64,000 bases of DNA, from positions 128,001 through 192,000 of the forward strand of contig CAXXWC010000001.1 in the NCBI GenBank assembly GCA_963668645.2. Reading direction: 5' to 3'. Under the pieces are notes generated by a model. That model was not told where the DNA came from, ran no database searches, and was given only the letters and a program-made list of their open reading frames with translations. Below, in pieces: positions 26,725 through 37,314 of this stretch. How positions within the stretch are numbered: position 1 is the stretch's first letter; each line of letters opens with the position of its first letter. Position numbers and translations under genes: made by a program. The stretch comes from Desulfobacterales bacterium (GTDB lineage Bacteria > Desulfobacterota > Desulfobacteria > Desulfobacterales > UBA2174).

Positions 26725-28158
26725 TTACAGATACGGTGCGAACAGCCACACCGCTGCATCGCGCAACTTGACGGGCAAGGGGCGCCGGTCGAGTTCTCCG
26801 GCGGCAAGCCGCGAGCAGCCGGCGATGGTCTCGTCGATGAACGCCTCGATCCGGCCGGCCGTCCGCGGGCCGAAGATTTCCAGGTTCATCTCGAAATTCA
26901 GCCTCAGGCTGCGCGGATCGACATTGGCCGATCCCACCTGGACATAGACCCCGTCCACCAGAAAAAGCTTGCTGTGGGCAAAAGGGGCCGGCTGCAAATA
27001 AACCCGTCCGCCCCACTTGAGTATCTCCCACAACATGTTGCGGGTGGCCCAATCCACGTAAGGCAGGTTGCTGTGCGCCGGCAGGATCACATCCACCTCG
27101 ACCCCGCGCAGAGCCGCGGTCTGAAGCGCTCCGATCAATCCGCGCGGTGGTAGAAAATAGGGCGTCATCAAGGCGATGCGCCGGCGGGCGGCCCCGATGG
27201 CCCCGCCAAGGATGCTGGACAATTTATCCAGATCCTCGTTGGGACCCTCCAGGATGGCGCGGCACAGGCAACCATCCGGCAGGGGATTGCAGGCCGCCGA
27301 AAGGTCGAGGCGCCGGCCCGTGCAAAAGCGCCAGTCTTCGGCGAAACACTGTTCCAGTTGGCGAATGATCGGCCCGATGGCCTTAAAGTGCAAATCGCGC
27401 ACCGGGTTGCGGGTCCGGCCCGGATCGTTAACCAGATGCCGGTCGCCGATGTTCATGCCGCCGATGAATCCGATGCACCCGTCCACCGCCATCAGCTTGC
27501 GGTGGTTGCGCAGGTTGAAGTTCACGGACGGCGGGAAAATCCGCGGCGGCAAAAATCTGGCTACCGGCACCCCCCGCAGGCGCAGGAGCCGCCCGGCCCG
27601 CGGCCAGTTGTATAGCTCGCCGACCCCATCGAGAATGACCCGCACCTCCACCCCGCGCGCCTTGGCCGCTGCCAGGGCATCGATGAAGCGCCGTCCGGTG
27701 CGGTTGGTCTCGAAGATATAGGTGGTCATGAAGATCCGGCGCTGGGCCCCCTCGATGGCTTCGAGCATTGCCGGGTAAGCCTGCTCCCCATTGCACAGCA
27801 TCTCCAGCGTGTTGCCGGCCGACAGGGGCATCCCGGTGACGGTGCCCGAGACGCGCGCAATGGCCCGCAAGGCATCGGGAAAATCAAGGTTGTCAAGATG
27901 CAGGTCGTCCCCGCGGTCCGGGGGGCTGAAGTCCGGTGAATGGATTCGCCATTGGGAGCGCAGCCCGAGACGTTGGCCCCGGGTCTGCACCCGGTTGATG
28001 CCGAACAGAAAATAGAGCAGCGGGCCGGCAAAAGGAAAAAGGAAGCTCACGGCGACCCAGCCCAGCGCGGCACGCGAGTCACGCTTGTGCAGCAAGGCGT
28101 GGCCCACCGCCAAGAAGGTCAGAAAAATCTCCAGGGGTAGCAGAAAGTAGATCGGCAT
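26725..28158 (-). CDS. cls: Cardiolipin synthase / phospholipase D family protein
   Basis: N-terminal TMs and two HKD motifs (NHRKLMAVD, HSKLFLVD...GSAN). Confidence 0.88.
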   Translation of the reverse strand: MPIYFLLPLEIFLTFLAVGHALLHKRDSRAALGWVAVSFLFPFAGPLLYFLFGINRVQTRGQRLGLRSQWRIHSPDFSPPDRGDDLHLDNLDFPDALRAIARVSGTVTGMPLSAGNTLEMLCNGEQAYPAMLEAIEGAQRRIFMTTYIFETNRTGRRFIDALAAAKARGVEVRVILDGVGELYNWPRAGRLLRLRGVPVARFLPPRIFPPSVNFNLRNHRKLMAVDGCIGFIGGMNIGDRHLVNDPGRTRNPVRDLHFKAIGPIIRQLEQCFAEDWRFCTGRRLDLSAACNPLPDGCLCRAILEGPNEDLDKLSSILGGAIGAARRRIALMTPYFLPPRGLIGALQTAALRGVEVDVILPAHSNLPYVDWATRNMLWEILKWGGRVYLQPAPFAHSKLFLVDGVYVQVGSANVDPRSLRLNFEMNLEIFGPRTAGRIEAFIDETIAGCSRLAAGELDRRPLPVKLRDAAVWLFAPYL

Positions 28159-28243
28159 CGCACCAGGCTCAACCGGCTTGATGAAAGCGTGCTTGGATAC
28201 GTCCGTCTTGCGGCGCTCAGCGCACCGTCAAAACGGACCACGG

Positions 28244-31200
28244 TTAGTCATTCGAAGGACCGAACCCGTCCATCCGGATGATCGTGTTTTCCAGCGCGTT
28301 CAAATATTCACTGTAGCGATCGAGGTAAAAAGCCAGCGCTTTGGCGAAATCGCGCCCCAGGACACCGTTGACGAACAACAGGCAGACTTCCTCCTGCTGC
28401 CGCAACATGCGCTGGGTATAAAAAAAGATCCGCCGCTCCTGGGCACTGAGCCGCCCCAGTTCGATCCTGAGCGCAACACGCCCGCGCGGCTGGTACATGT
28501 AGAAGTAAAGCAAGTCCAGGGCGTGAATGGCAAGGATTTTGCCCAGATCCGCGATTTCCGGCAGGCCGGCTTTCTTGAAGCGTGTCGGATCCTGGAGCAG
28601 ATCCATGGCCGGAACCTTGGGAAGAAGCAGCTCGAGCCGGGCGTAAATGGTAAACAGGGCACGCAGTTTCAAGCGGCAATCCCGGCAGCGCTTGCGGATG
28701 TTATCGGCCCGGTCGGCCGTCCCCTCGATCACGCCGGCGACACAATCCGAGGCGGTCTTGGAAATCACGGCGGCCCACTTTTGCAGCACCCCGTTGACAT
28801 CGGCCGCTCCGGCGCCGCCGAGCACCAACCCGATGAGAAAATTGAACAGAACCGCCAGAGGGATCGAAATCAGGCTGCGGAAAAAATTGCCCACGATCGC
28901 CCCCCGGGGAAGGCCGCGAAAGGCGTTGTGGCTCGAAATATAAATCCCGTTGGCCAGGGCGATGGCCGCATAGAGCACCGTGGGTGCCGTGGTCGTGGTG
29001 ATCCCCGCAACCCGGTCGAGCAGCACCGTTTTGACCAGATAATCGAGCAGCGGCACCGAAAAGCCGGTATAGAGCAGCGAGTCGGTGATACGCGTCCAGC
29101 TCACGTAGTCGTTCCAGCGCAGCAGCGGGCTGCGGCGCAATCCACCGCCGCCGAGCACCGACTGCAGGATGTTGCGCAACCCGGTGATGCCGAACCAGAT
29201 CAGGGCCCCACCGTAGGCCAGCAACCACCAGTCCTTGGTCAGGGCGAAAGTGGCAAAGGCCGGAATGAAGCCCACCGCCACCTTGATAACGTTCTTGATC
29301 TGGCTGTTGAGATGCGCCCACCCCACGACCTTGGCCGCCGCCGGTTCAGGCGACGGCGGCTGGAGGCTCAGGCCGTTGTCTCCGCTCGGCCGGGTGCCGC
29401 CCAGGGTCATGACGTTGCCGTGGACCACAAAGCAGGTCTGCTCTTCTTGAACGTCCCAGTCCCACTGGTGCCGGTAGCCGAGCCATTTCAATCCCGACAA
29501 GCGCCGCAGCAGCCGGTAGCCGGCGTCAATCCAGCGGTCCGGACTCTGGCGGGGAATGCCGGTGGCCCGGGGATATACCGGCAGATGCAGCGGCAGGACT
29601 TGACGCCCTTGGCGTACCAGCCGTCGCTGGGCACCTTGGGGCAGGGTTTCGCGCACCACCAGCCCCATGCCCGGTATCCGGCGCGACTGGCCGGTGGAAT
29701 CCGAGCCGATACGGGCCTGGAGCGGGCGCATGCGGTAGGCGTGGATCAGTGAGTCGATATCGAACAGAACCGCATCCAGGGAGGCGGCCCGCAGGCCCCC
29801 GTCCGGACTGGCGGATTGGGCCAGACGCCGCTGCACACCGCGCACCAGCTCTTTTAAGCTGATGGGGTTGCCTTCGTTGATCGCCTGCTGCAAGGCGTTG
29901 ATTTCAGGCAGTTGATCCGTCTTGCCGGCGACATGATCCTTGAGGTTGAACAGTTCCAACCGGTCGATGAGTCCGCCGCAGTCATGCAGCAACAAGATGA
30001 CTTCGGCCGTATCCAGGCCGCTGAGGTTGAGCGTGGTGGCCGCCTCGGGGTGCAACCGGCGCAGCCGTCCGAGCAGGCCCGGGGCGTCGAGCGCCATCAG
30101 GGGTGAAACGATCTTTCCGCTGCCGGGGATCTCGGGATCGGGCAGCTCCGCGTTGCAGCGGCGGCACAGGTAGTCGTCCACCATCTGCTGGGAATCGAAG
30201 CGGTTCATCTCGGTGACGGCCGCCTCCATGGCCCGACGCCCGTCTTCGTCGGCAGCGGCCCACGCCGGCCTGAGTGTCTCGACCCGGGCGCTCAGCAAAG
30301 GCACCAGAACGGCGTGCAGGTACTTGGCCAGGTGCAGCAGCGAAGGCTGGCCCGGGGCCACATAGGCCAGAAAATCCTCCTCGCTGGCCTCCTGCATATC
30401 GATGCCGAAACGCCGGTTGAGTTCGTGCCGGTGGACGGCGTTGAAGCGCCGCAGCACGGCCAGGACATACTGCTTTTGGGCTTCGCTCACCGCCCGGCCC
30501 TCGTCCATCAGGGCGCTGACCTCCGGTTCGGCCAGAAAGCAAAGAAACGATTCGGTATCTGAAAATCCCCGCGGCACCCAAATCAGTTTGACATAGCGCC
30601 GCCCGAAACGGGCCGAGAACTCGATGCCCAGGCGCAGGTCGATCCCCATGATCCGGGCCGCTTCGAGGATCTCCAAGGCCGAAGCCGGGCTGATGTAGTT
30701 GTAGTAGACCACCCGCAGCCGGCGGATCCCCTTGATCCAGGCATCCATGATCAGGTGGGTGGCCGATTTGCGGCCCTTGGTGTTGACGTCGTGGACGTGG
30801 TGATCGAAGGCGATCTGGTTCCAGGCCTCGGGCATTTCCACCAGGTGGTAGCGTTCCAGCTGGCGCCGCACGACGCGCGGCTTTCCCGAAGCGGTGGTGC
30901 GAAAATCGTGGGCCAGGGCCAGCTGCCGCTCCTCGTCGCCCTGGGCCCGCACCAGCTCTTTCATGATCTGCAGCAAAGCCCGGGCCGTATTCTTGGGCAT
31001 GGGCCCTTCGGCGGTGTTGAGCACCTCGTCGCGAAGGGCCTGGAGGGCCATCAGGCGCTGCTCCATGTGGCCGCGGCCCAGAGAGGCCAGCAGGTTGACC
31101 GTGGCGTAAGCGATGCGCAGCCCCTTGGATTCGACCAGCTCCTTGATTCCCAAGGGATGGAAGTGGGGGTAGTAGACCTGGCGTAAATATCCCGGAGAGC

Positions 31201-31285
31201 TGTGACCGCTGTGGACCTCGTGAACGATGTTGAGCAGTTCCCGGTCCCGTCGATCGAACATCAAACGGGCGATACCGATTCCCAT
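28244..31285 (-). CDS. Large hypothetical protein with PHP-like metal motifs and a C-terminal multi-TM region (about 1013 aa)
   Basis: FDHHVHD...KG, LGIEFSA, LELFN and IGSDSTG resemble PHP barrel motifs; several hydrophobic helices in the last third. Start uncertain. Confidence 0.7.
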   Translation of the reverse strand: MGIGIARLMFDRRDRELLNIVHEVHSGHSSPGYLRQVYYPHFHPLGIKELVESKGLRIAYATVNLLASLGRGHMEQRLMALQALRDEVLNTAEGPMPKNTARALLQIMKELVRAQGDEERQLALAHDFRTTASGKPRVVRRQLERYHLVEMPEAWNQIAFDHHVHDVNTKGRKSATHLIMDAWIKGIRRLRVVYYNYISPASALEILEAARIMGIDLRLGIEFSARFGRRYVKLIWVPRGFSDTESFLCFLAEPEVSALMDEGRAVSEAQKQYVLAVLRRFNAVHRHELNRRFGIDMQEASEEDFLAYVAPGQPSLLHLAKYLHAVLVPLLSARVETLRPAWAAADEDGRRAMEAAVTEMNRFDSQQMVDDYLCRRCNAELPDPEIPGSGKIVSPLMALDAPGLLGRLRRLHPEAATTLNLSGLDTAEVILLLHDCGGLIDRLELFNLKDHVAGKTDQLPEINALQQAINEGNPISLKELVRGVQRRLAQSASPDGGLRAASLDAVLFDIDSLIHAYRMRPLQARIGSDSTGQSRRIPGMGLVVRETLPQGAQRRLVRQGRQVLPLHLPVYPRATGIPRQSPDRWIDAGYRLLRRLSGLKWLGYRHQWDWDVQEEQTCFVVHGNVMTLGGTRPSGDNGLSLQPPSPEPAAAKVVGWAHLNSQIKNVIKVAVGFIPAFATFALTKDWWLLAYGGALIWFGITGLRNILQSVLGGGGLRRSPLLRWNDYVSWTRITDSLLYTGFSVPLLDYLVKTVLLDRVAGITTTTAPTVLYAAIALANGIYISSHNAFRGLPRGAIVGNFFRSLISIPLAVLFNFLIGLVLGGAGAADVNGVLQKWAAVISKTASDCVAGVIEGTADRADNIRKRCRDCRLKLRALFTIYARLELLLPKVPAMDLLQDPTRFKKAGLPEIADLGKILAIHALDLLYFYMYQPRGRVALRIELGRLSAQERRIFFYTQRMLRQQEEVCLLFVNGVLGRDFAKALAFYLDRYSEYLNALENTIIRMDGFGPSND

Positions 31286-31671
31286 GGACGGATCCCAACC
31301 TACAGGGGGCCGGCGCTTTCGGCCCCGATTCGACTGAAGTCCGCAGCCCGTCTTAGGCTGCAACAGCAGGAGGCGGGCTGCGGCAAGGCGCGGGTTGGTG
31401 AGTATATGCCTTTTTTAACAAAATCAAAACAATTTTCGGGGGATGAAAACGGCGGGATGAAAACGGGGGTAAGGCGCCCTGGCTGCCAGCGCCCGAGGAC
31501 CTTTGGCGCCCCGGCCGGCGCCGCAGTGGCGGGTCCGGCTTGACGGCGTTCAGCGGTACAACGGCGATCAATCTCGCCATCAGGGCGGGGCGGCCTCCAA
31601 GCCGCGCTTTGCCCGCCCGCGGCCGATTATGGAATCCTCTCCGGCTCCCGGAATCGGGCCGTGCAAAAATC

Positions 31672-32175
31672 TCAGACGGCGTTTTCCGGCGCCGGGGTCT
31701 GGCGCCCGGTCTTGTTGACCGGACACTCGGCAAAAGGGCAGCGGCCGCATTCGCAGCGGCGCACCGTGGCGCCGAAAACGCCTGCCGAAAGTAGATAAAT
31801 GGCCAAGAGACCGGGATTTTCAGCCAGCCAGGCCAGCGGGAAGGCGAAGAGTGTCAAGGCTGCGGCCAGCGCCACCAGCTTGTCGCTCCACTTGAGAGGG
31901 CCGGGCCGGGCGCGGAAATACTTGGGCAGCCCCCAGAAGAACATGCACTTGAGCCGCTTTTCATTCCTCCCATAATGCGGGCAGTGGGTGCAAAAGAAAA
32001 AGAAAATCAATCCGGCGGCGGCAACCAGCACGATCAGATAGCAAACCAAGCCGAAAACCGACTCCGGATAGATGGCCACGGCGCCGGTGAGCAGGGGTAC
32101 GGCGGCCATGGCGCTGTAAAACAGATAGTCGCCGAAACGGTATCGGGTCCGCGTCAGGGGTGGATGGTCGTCCAT
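31672..32175 (-). CDS. Small four-TM membrane protein with two Cys clusters
   Basis: CTHCPHY...C and CGRCPFAECP motifs; SD AAGGAGG. Confidence 0.75.
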   Translation of the reverse strand: MDDHPPLTRTRYRFGDYLFYSAMAAVPLLTGAVAIYPESVFGLVCYLIVLVAAAGLIFFFFCTHCPHYGRNEKRLKCMFFWGLPKYFRARPGPLKWSDKLVALAAALTLFAFPLAWLAENPGLLAIYLLSAGVFGATVRRCECGRCPFAECPVNKTGRQTPAPENAV

Positions 32176-32236
32176 GTCAAGCCCTCCTTCGTTCTGGGAA
32201 GAAATGGAGGAAAAGCCGCACCCGGAAAGATGCTTT

Positions 32237-33175
32237 TCAGTGGGCCAGGCGCGCACAGGTCTGCGCTACCGTCCAGGCGAAGCCTTCCTTAAAGCGCGCT
32301 TCGGCTTCGCCGCGCAGCGCGCCGAAATCGAAACTTCCCGCCCTGCGCAGCAGATCGAGCAGGCCCACCAGGCGGGCTTCCACCGCCTCGGTCAAATCCG
32401 GCGGCAAACCGTTTGGCCCGCCTGCATCGCCCTGCAAGGCCTCGCAGACTTCCGGCAACACCGCTTCGGTCAGGCGAAAAACCGCCTCCAGAGGATCGAG
32501 CCCCAACCGCTCGGGGCGGTGAAGATAGCTGAACTGCGTATGCAGGGGCAGATCGGCCCGGCCAAGGGCCGCACAGCGCCGGAACCACCATTCCGTATAG
32601 CGGACAGAGGCCGAGGGAGAAGGCTCTGCGCGCGGCCCCAGATGTTGCCAGGCCAGCCCGGACAGAACCGCCGCAGGATCCTCTTGCAGGGTCTGGGCCG
32701 CGATGCGGCACCCCTTTTTGTAAAGATCGACCCCGGGGGCTTTGTCCGCCTGGGCCATTTCGGCCGCCAGCAGCAGTTGGGGATCGAGGGGGGTGGCCAG
32801 CAGCAAAAGCTGGGAGAGATGCCCGGGCGCGCGTCGCAGGGATTTGCCCTGGGATGGGGGGTCGAAGTGCACCGACAGGTTTGGTGGCAGAAAAACCCCC
32901 TCAGCCTCGGGGGGCAGATCCAGGCGTGTGCAGAGCAGATCGAAAGTCCGCTCTGCCGGCGGCTCCAGATCGGCGCAGGTCACGATTCGGCCGGGGATCA
33001 GATGATCACGCCAGGCCTCCAGGGCCGCGGCCAAGGCCGCATGCCAGCGTGCTTCGGCCGGATCAGCCCCCAGGGCAACCCAACTATGAATGCGTTCTTC
33101 CGGGGTGATGATCCGCCGCTCTTCGATCATGGCCTCGATCCTCTCTGTCAAGCCTGAACCCGGCATACCGACCAT
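32237..33175 (-). CDS. Hypothetical protein (about 310 aa)
   Basis: Long ORF with protein-like composition, co-directional with neighbours. No motif recognised; start uncertain. Confidence 0.6.
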   Translation of the reverse strand: MVGMPGSGLTERIEAMIEERRIITPEERIHSWVALGADPAEARWHAALAAALEAWRDHLIPGRIVTCADLEPPAERTFDLLCTRLDLPPEAEGVFLPPNLSVHFDPPSQGKSLRRAPGHLSQLLLLATPLDPQLLLAAEMAQADKAPGVDLYKKGCRIAAQTLQEDPAAVLSGLAWQHLGPRAEPSPSASVRYTEWWFRRCAALGRADLPLHTQFSYLHRPERLGLDPLEAVFRLTEAVLPEVCEALQGDAGGPNGLPPDLTEAVEARLVGLLDLLRRAGSFDFGALRGEAEARFKEGFAWTVAQTCARLAH

Positions 33176-33478
33176 GGCTTGATTCTATCTTAAGACCTGT
33201 CTGTTGCTCAATGTGGGAAAAATATCCGGCAATCGTCCTGGGTCGCTGTAACATCGGGCCATGACAGCGTCAAGCCGTTCCGGTGAGCGCTCTGGCTGAA
33301 CCCTGCAATGGCCGGCGTCTCGGATTCGCCGGGAATTGCTGCCCAGCCATCGCTTTCTTGCCGTCACTTCACCCGGGTGATAATAGAAAAGTGATCCAGC
33401 GGCATGCTCGGACGCCCTCGCAAGGCGCCAAGACGCGACAACTCCAGAAAATGTACGTGCTGCTCTTCGGAGAGTCTC

Positions 33479-34735
33479 ATGGCCCACCACCTCTGCCAGG
33501 TCGGATATACACGGCTGATCGATCGGCTCAACCGCGCCCCCCAGGGCGCACCGCCATCCCACCTGCTCTACCGAATCTTACGCCTGCTGGTCTCCCAAAG
33601 CGAAGCCGAGCGTCTGGCGTGTCTGCCCGTCTGGCCCTTCGACGTGGCCACGGCGGCCAGGGCCTGGAACCTGCGCACCGATCGGGCCAGAGATCTTCTC
33701 GATCGCCTGGCCGGCCGGGCCCTGCTGCTCGACATCCACGCCGGCGGCCGCACCCTCTACGTACTGCCGCCGCCCATGGCCGGCTTTTTCGAATTTTCCC
33801 TCATGCGGGTGCGCGGCGATATGGACCAGCGCCTGCTCAGCGAGCTGCTCTATCGTTACATCAACATCGAATCGGATTTCACCACCGACCTCTTTCTCGG
33901 CGGCCGGACCCGCCTCGGGCGCATCTTCGTGCGAGAAGAGGCCCTGGAGCTCACGCCCACCTTGCAGGTTCTCGATTATGAGCGGGCCACCAGCGTAATC
34001 CGCCAGGCCGATGCCATCGGCGTCAGTCTCTGTTACTGCCGCCATAAAATGAGCCATCTGGGCCGGGCCTGCGATGCCCCCCAGGAAATCTGCATGACCT
34101 TCAACAGCGTGGCCGCCGCCTTGATCCGCAACACTTTTGCCCGCCCGGTGGATCCTGTCGAAGCCCTGGAGCTGCTCGATCAGGCCCGCCGGCACCGGCT
34201 GGTCCAATTCGGCGAAAATGTGCGCCAGCGGGTCAATTTCATCTGCCATTGCTGTTCCTGCTGCTGCGAAGCGCTGACCGCCGCACGCCGCTTCGGTTTT
34301 TCCCAGCCTTTGGCGCCGGCGCCGTTTATGCCCGAGGCCATCGCCGAGCGCTGCAACGGATGCCAGCGTTGCACCGCGGTCTGCCCGGTATCGGCCGTCC
34401 GGATGGAGGCCGGCGGCCGTCCTCGGGTGGAGCCTGACCTGTGTCTGGGATGCGGCATCTGCGCCGCGGAATGCCCCCAGCAGGCCATCGTCATGGAGGG
34501 CCGGCCGAGGCCGGTACTGACCCCGCTCAACACGGCCCACCGCACGGTGCTGATGGCCATCGAGCGCGGCCGGCTGCATCATCTGCTCTGCGACCGGCAT
34601 ATCATCGGCCAGCATCGGACATTGAACACGATCCTGGGCGCCATTCTCAGCCTGCCGCCCCTGCATCGGACCCTGGCAAGCCGCCAGCTGGGGTCGCGCT
34701 GCCTGGAAAGGCTCATGGCGCGCTACAACTATTGA
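33479..34735 (+). CDS. Iron-sulfur protein (4Fe-4S dicluster with extra Cys-rich region)
   Basis: CYCRH...C...C, ICHCCSCCCE, CNGCQRCTAVCP and CLGCGICAAECP motifs; SD GGAG. Confidence 0.85.
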   Translation: MAHHLCQVGYTRLIDRLNRAPQGAPPSHLLYRILRLLVSQSEAERLACLPVWPFDVATAARAWNLRTDRARDLLDRLAGRALLLDIHAGGRTLYVLPPPMAGFFEFSLMRVRGDMDQRLLSELLYRYINIESDFTTDLFLGGRTRLGRIFVREEALELTPTLQVLDYERATSVIRQADAIGVSLCYCRHKMSHLGRACDAPQEICMTFNSVAAALIRNTFARPVDPVEALELLDQARRHRLVQFGENVRQRVNFICHCCSCCCEALTAARRFGFSQPLAPAPFMPEAIAERCNGCQRCTAVCPVSAVRMEAGGRPRVEPDLCLGCGICAAECPQQAIVMEGRPRPVLTPLNTAHRTVLMAIERGRLHHLLCDRHIIGQHRTLNTILGAILSLPPLHRTLASRQLGSRCLERLMARYNY

Positions 34736-34782
34736 ACCACGCGGCCAGCTGCCCGGAGGGCCGCGCCTGGGAGTCGAAAGTC

Positions 34783-37263
34783 ATGGAAAACAATCAGCTT
34801 TTCGAAAACTGGGGCATCTTCAAAAAACGGATGGACCCCACCGGCATCCAGCTTTCCTTCGCCACCCACCTGGAATATTCCCTGTCCAAGGACCAGTATA
34901 CCGCCACCGGGCGGGATCTGTACACCGCCATCGCCCTGACGGCCCGAGACCGTATGGTCGAGCGCTGGATCAGGACCCAGCAGATCTATCACAACCGCGA
35001 TGTCAAACGGATCTACTATCTTTCGGCCGAGTACCTCATGGGCCGCGTGCTGATCGGCAACCTTTTGAATCTGGGAATTTACGCCCAAACGCAAAAGGCA
35101 CTGGCCGAACTGAACATCGAGCTGGCCGATCTGGTCGAAATGGAACCGGACATGGGGCTGGGCAACGGCGGCTTGGGCCGTCTGGCCGCCTGCTTTCTCG
35201 ACTCCATGGCCACCATGGAACTGCCGGCCCATGGCTACGGGATCCGCTACGAGTTCGGCATCTTCGATCAGGCCATCCGCGGCCTGGGCCAGCTGGAGCT
35301 GCCCGAAAACTGGCTTAAATTCGGCAATCCGTGGGAAATCGCAAGACCGGAGTACAGCTTCCAGGTGGACTACAACGGCTTTGTCAAGCAGACCTACCTG
35401 CCCGACGGCAGGCTGGCCGCCGATTGGACCGGCACCAACCGGGTAATCGGCATCGCCTACGATGTGCCCATCGTCGGTTACGGCAACAACACGGTCAATA
35501 CCCTGCGCCTCTGGTCGGCCCGGGCCAGCAACGAGTTCGAACTGAAGTATTTCCAGCACGGCGATTATCTCAAGGCCGTCGAGGAAAAGAACATCTCGGA
35601 AAACATCTCCAAGGTCCTCTACCCCAACGACCAGATCTACGCCGGCAAGGAGCTGCGCCTCAAGCAGCAGTACTTCTTCGTCTCCTGCTCCATCCAGGAC
35701 ATCATCCGCCGCCATCTCAACGAACATCCGAATTTGGACAACTTCCCGGACAAGGTGGCCATCCAGCTCAACGACACCCACCCGGCGCTGGCCATCGCCG
35801 AATTGATGCGCATCCTGCTGGACCGCTACGAGATGAGCTGGGACAAGGCCTGGGACATCACCCGGCACACCTTCGCCTATACCAACCATACTCTCCTGGC
35901 CGAGGCCCTTGAAAAATGGCCGGTGTCGATGCTCGAAAACCTGCTGCCGCGGCACCTGATGATCATCTACGAGATCAACCGGCGCTTTTTGCGCGACGTG
36001 GCCACCGTCTATCTCAACGACAGCGACCGGCTGCGGCGCATGTCGCTCATCGAAGAGGGGCCGGAAAAAATGGTGCGCATGGCCCATCTGGCCATCGTCG
36101 GTTCCCGTTCGGTCAACGGCGTGGCCCGGCTTCACAGCCGGCTGCTGCGTGAACGGGAGCTGAAGGATTTTTCGGAGATGTTCCCCGAACGCTTCAACAA
36201 CAAGACCAACGGCATAACCCCCCGGCGCTGGCTCCTGGCGGCCAATCCTGCCCTTTCGAGCCTGGTTGAAAGCCGCATCGGCCGCGGATGGATCACCGAT
36301 CTGAACCAGCTCGAACGCCTGGAACCGCTGGCCGGCGAGGAAGGCTTCATCCACCAGTGGCAAGGGATCAAGCGGGCCAACAAGGAGGTGCTGGCCAGCC
36401 TGACCCGGGACCTGACCGGCACCACCGTCTCACCGGACGCCATCTTCGACGTCATGGTCAAACGGATCCATGAATACAAACGCCAGGTGCTCGATATTCT
36501 CAACGTGGTTTATTGCTGGCTCAAACTCAAGCACGACCAGGATTTCGACCTTTATCCGCGCGTCTTTTTCTTCGGCGGCAAGGCGGCCCCGGGCTATGCC
36601 CGGGCCAAGCTGATCATCCGGCTCATCTGCCACGTGGCCGAAATGGTCAACCGCGACCTGCGCACCCGGGACCGGCTCAAGGTCGTCTTTCTACCCAACT
36701 ACCGCGTCTCGCTGGCCGAGCGGATCTTTCCGGCGGCCAACGTCTCCGAGCAGATCTCCACCGCCGGCTATGAGGCTTCGGGCACCAGCAACATGAAGTT
36801 CGCCCTCAACGGGGCCCTGACCGTCGGCACCCTGGACGGGGCCACCATCGAAATCATGGAGGCCGTGGGCCACGACCATATCTTCATTTTCGGCCTGACC
36901 GCCGAAGAAGCCCTGGCCATACGCCCCGATTATCATCCCTTGGACTTCTACAGCGCCGATCCGTTGCTCAAGGAGGCCATGGACCTGATCGGCAACGGTT
37001 TCTTCTCGCCCGAGCAGCCCGGCCTGTTCCGGCCCCTGATCGATGCCCTGCTCAACGAGGACCGCTACCTGGTGCTGGCCGACTTTGCCGCCTACCACCA
37101 ATGCCAGATGCAGGTCGATGCGCGCTACCGCGACCGACGGGCCTGGACCGCCAGCGCCATTCTCAACGTGGCGCGCATGGGCCGCTTTTCTTCGGACCGG
37201 ACCATCGGTGATTACAACCGGGATATCTGGGGATGCAAACCGATTAAAATCGTGCAGGATTAA
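34783..37263 (+). CDS. glgP: Glycogen/starch/alpha-glucan phosphorylase
   Basis: GLGNGGLGRLAAC, IQLNDTHP, KRIHEYKRQ and EASGTSNMKFALNG (PLP site) motifs. Confidence 0.96.
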   Translation: MENNQLFENWGIFKKRMDPTGIQLSFATHLEYSLSKDQYTATGRDLYTAIALTARDRMVERWIRTQQIYHNRDVKRIYYLSAEYLMGRVLIGNLLNLGIYAQTQKALAELNIELADLVEMEPDMGLGNGGLGRLAACFLDSMATMELPAHGYGIRYEFGIFDQAIRGLGQLELPENWLKFGNPWEIARPEYSFQVDYNGFVKQTYLPDGRLAADWTGTNRVIGIAYDVPIVGYGNNTVNTLRLWSARASNEFELKYFQHGDYLKAVEEKNISENISKVLYPNDQIYAGKELRLKQQYFFVSCSIQDIIRRHLNEHPNLDNFPDKVAIQLNDTHPALAIAELMRILLDRYEMSWDKAWDITRHTFAYTNHTLLAEALEKWPVSMLENLLPRHLMIIYEINRRFLRDVATVYLNDSDRLRRMSLIEEGPEKMVRMAHLAIVGSRSVNGVARLHSRLLRERELKDFSEMFPERFNNKTNGITPRRWLLAANPALSSLVESRIGRGWITDLNQLERLEPLAGEEGFIHQWQGIKRANKEVLASLTRDLTGTTVSPDAIFDVMVKRIHEYKRQVLDILNVVYCWLKLKHDQDFDLYPRVFFFGGKAAPGYARAKLIIRLICHVAEMVNRDLRTRDRLKVVFLPNYRVSLAERIFPAANVSEQISTAGYEASGTSNMKFALNGALTVGTLDGATIEIMEAVGHDHIFIFGLTAEEALAIRPDYHPLDFYSADPLLKEAMDLIGNGFFSPEQPGLFRPLIDALLNEDRYLVLADFAAYHQCQMQVDARYRDRRAWTASAILNVARMGRFSSDRTIGDYNRDIWGCKPIKIVQD

Positions 37264-37314
37264 AAGACGAGACGATCAGCCGCGCCCCCATGGGGGGATG
37301 GGACCGTTGGCGAC

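Noticed and set aside
34441..34782. N-terminal extensions of glgP, metG (53356-53718) and lptD (48278-48478) in the ORF track
   Set aside because: They overlap upstream genes or promoter DNA and are not protein-like; downstream starts fit the families better.
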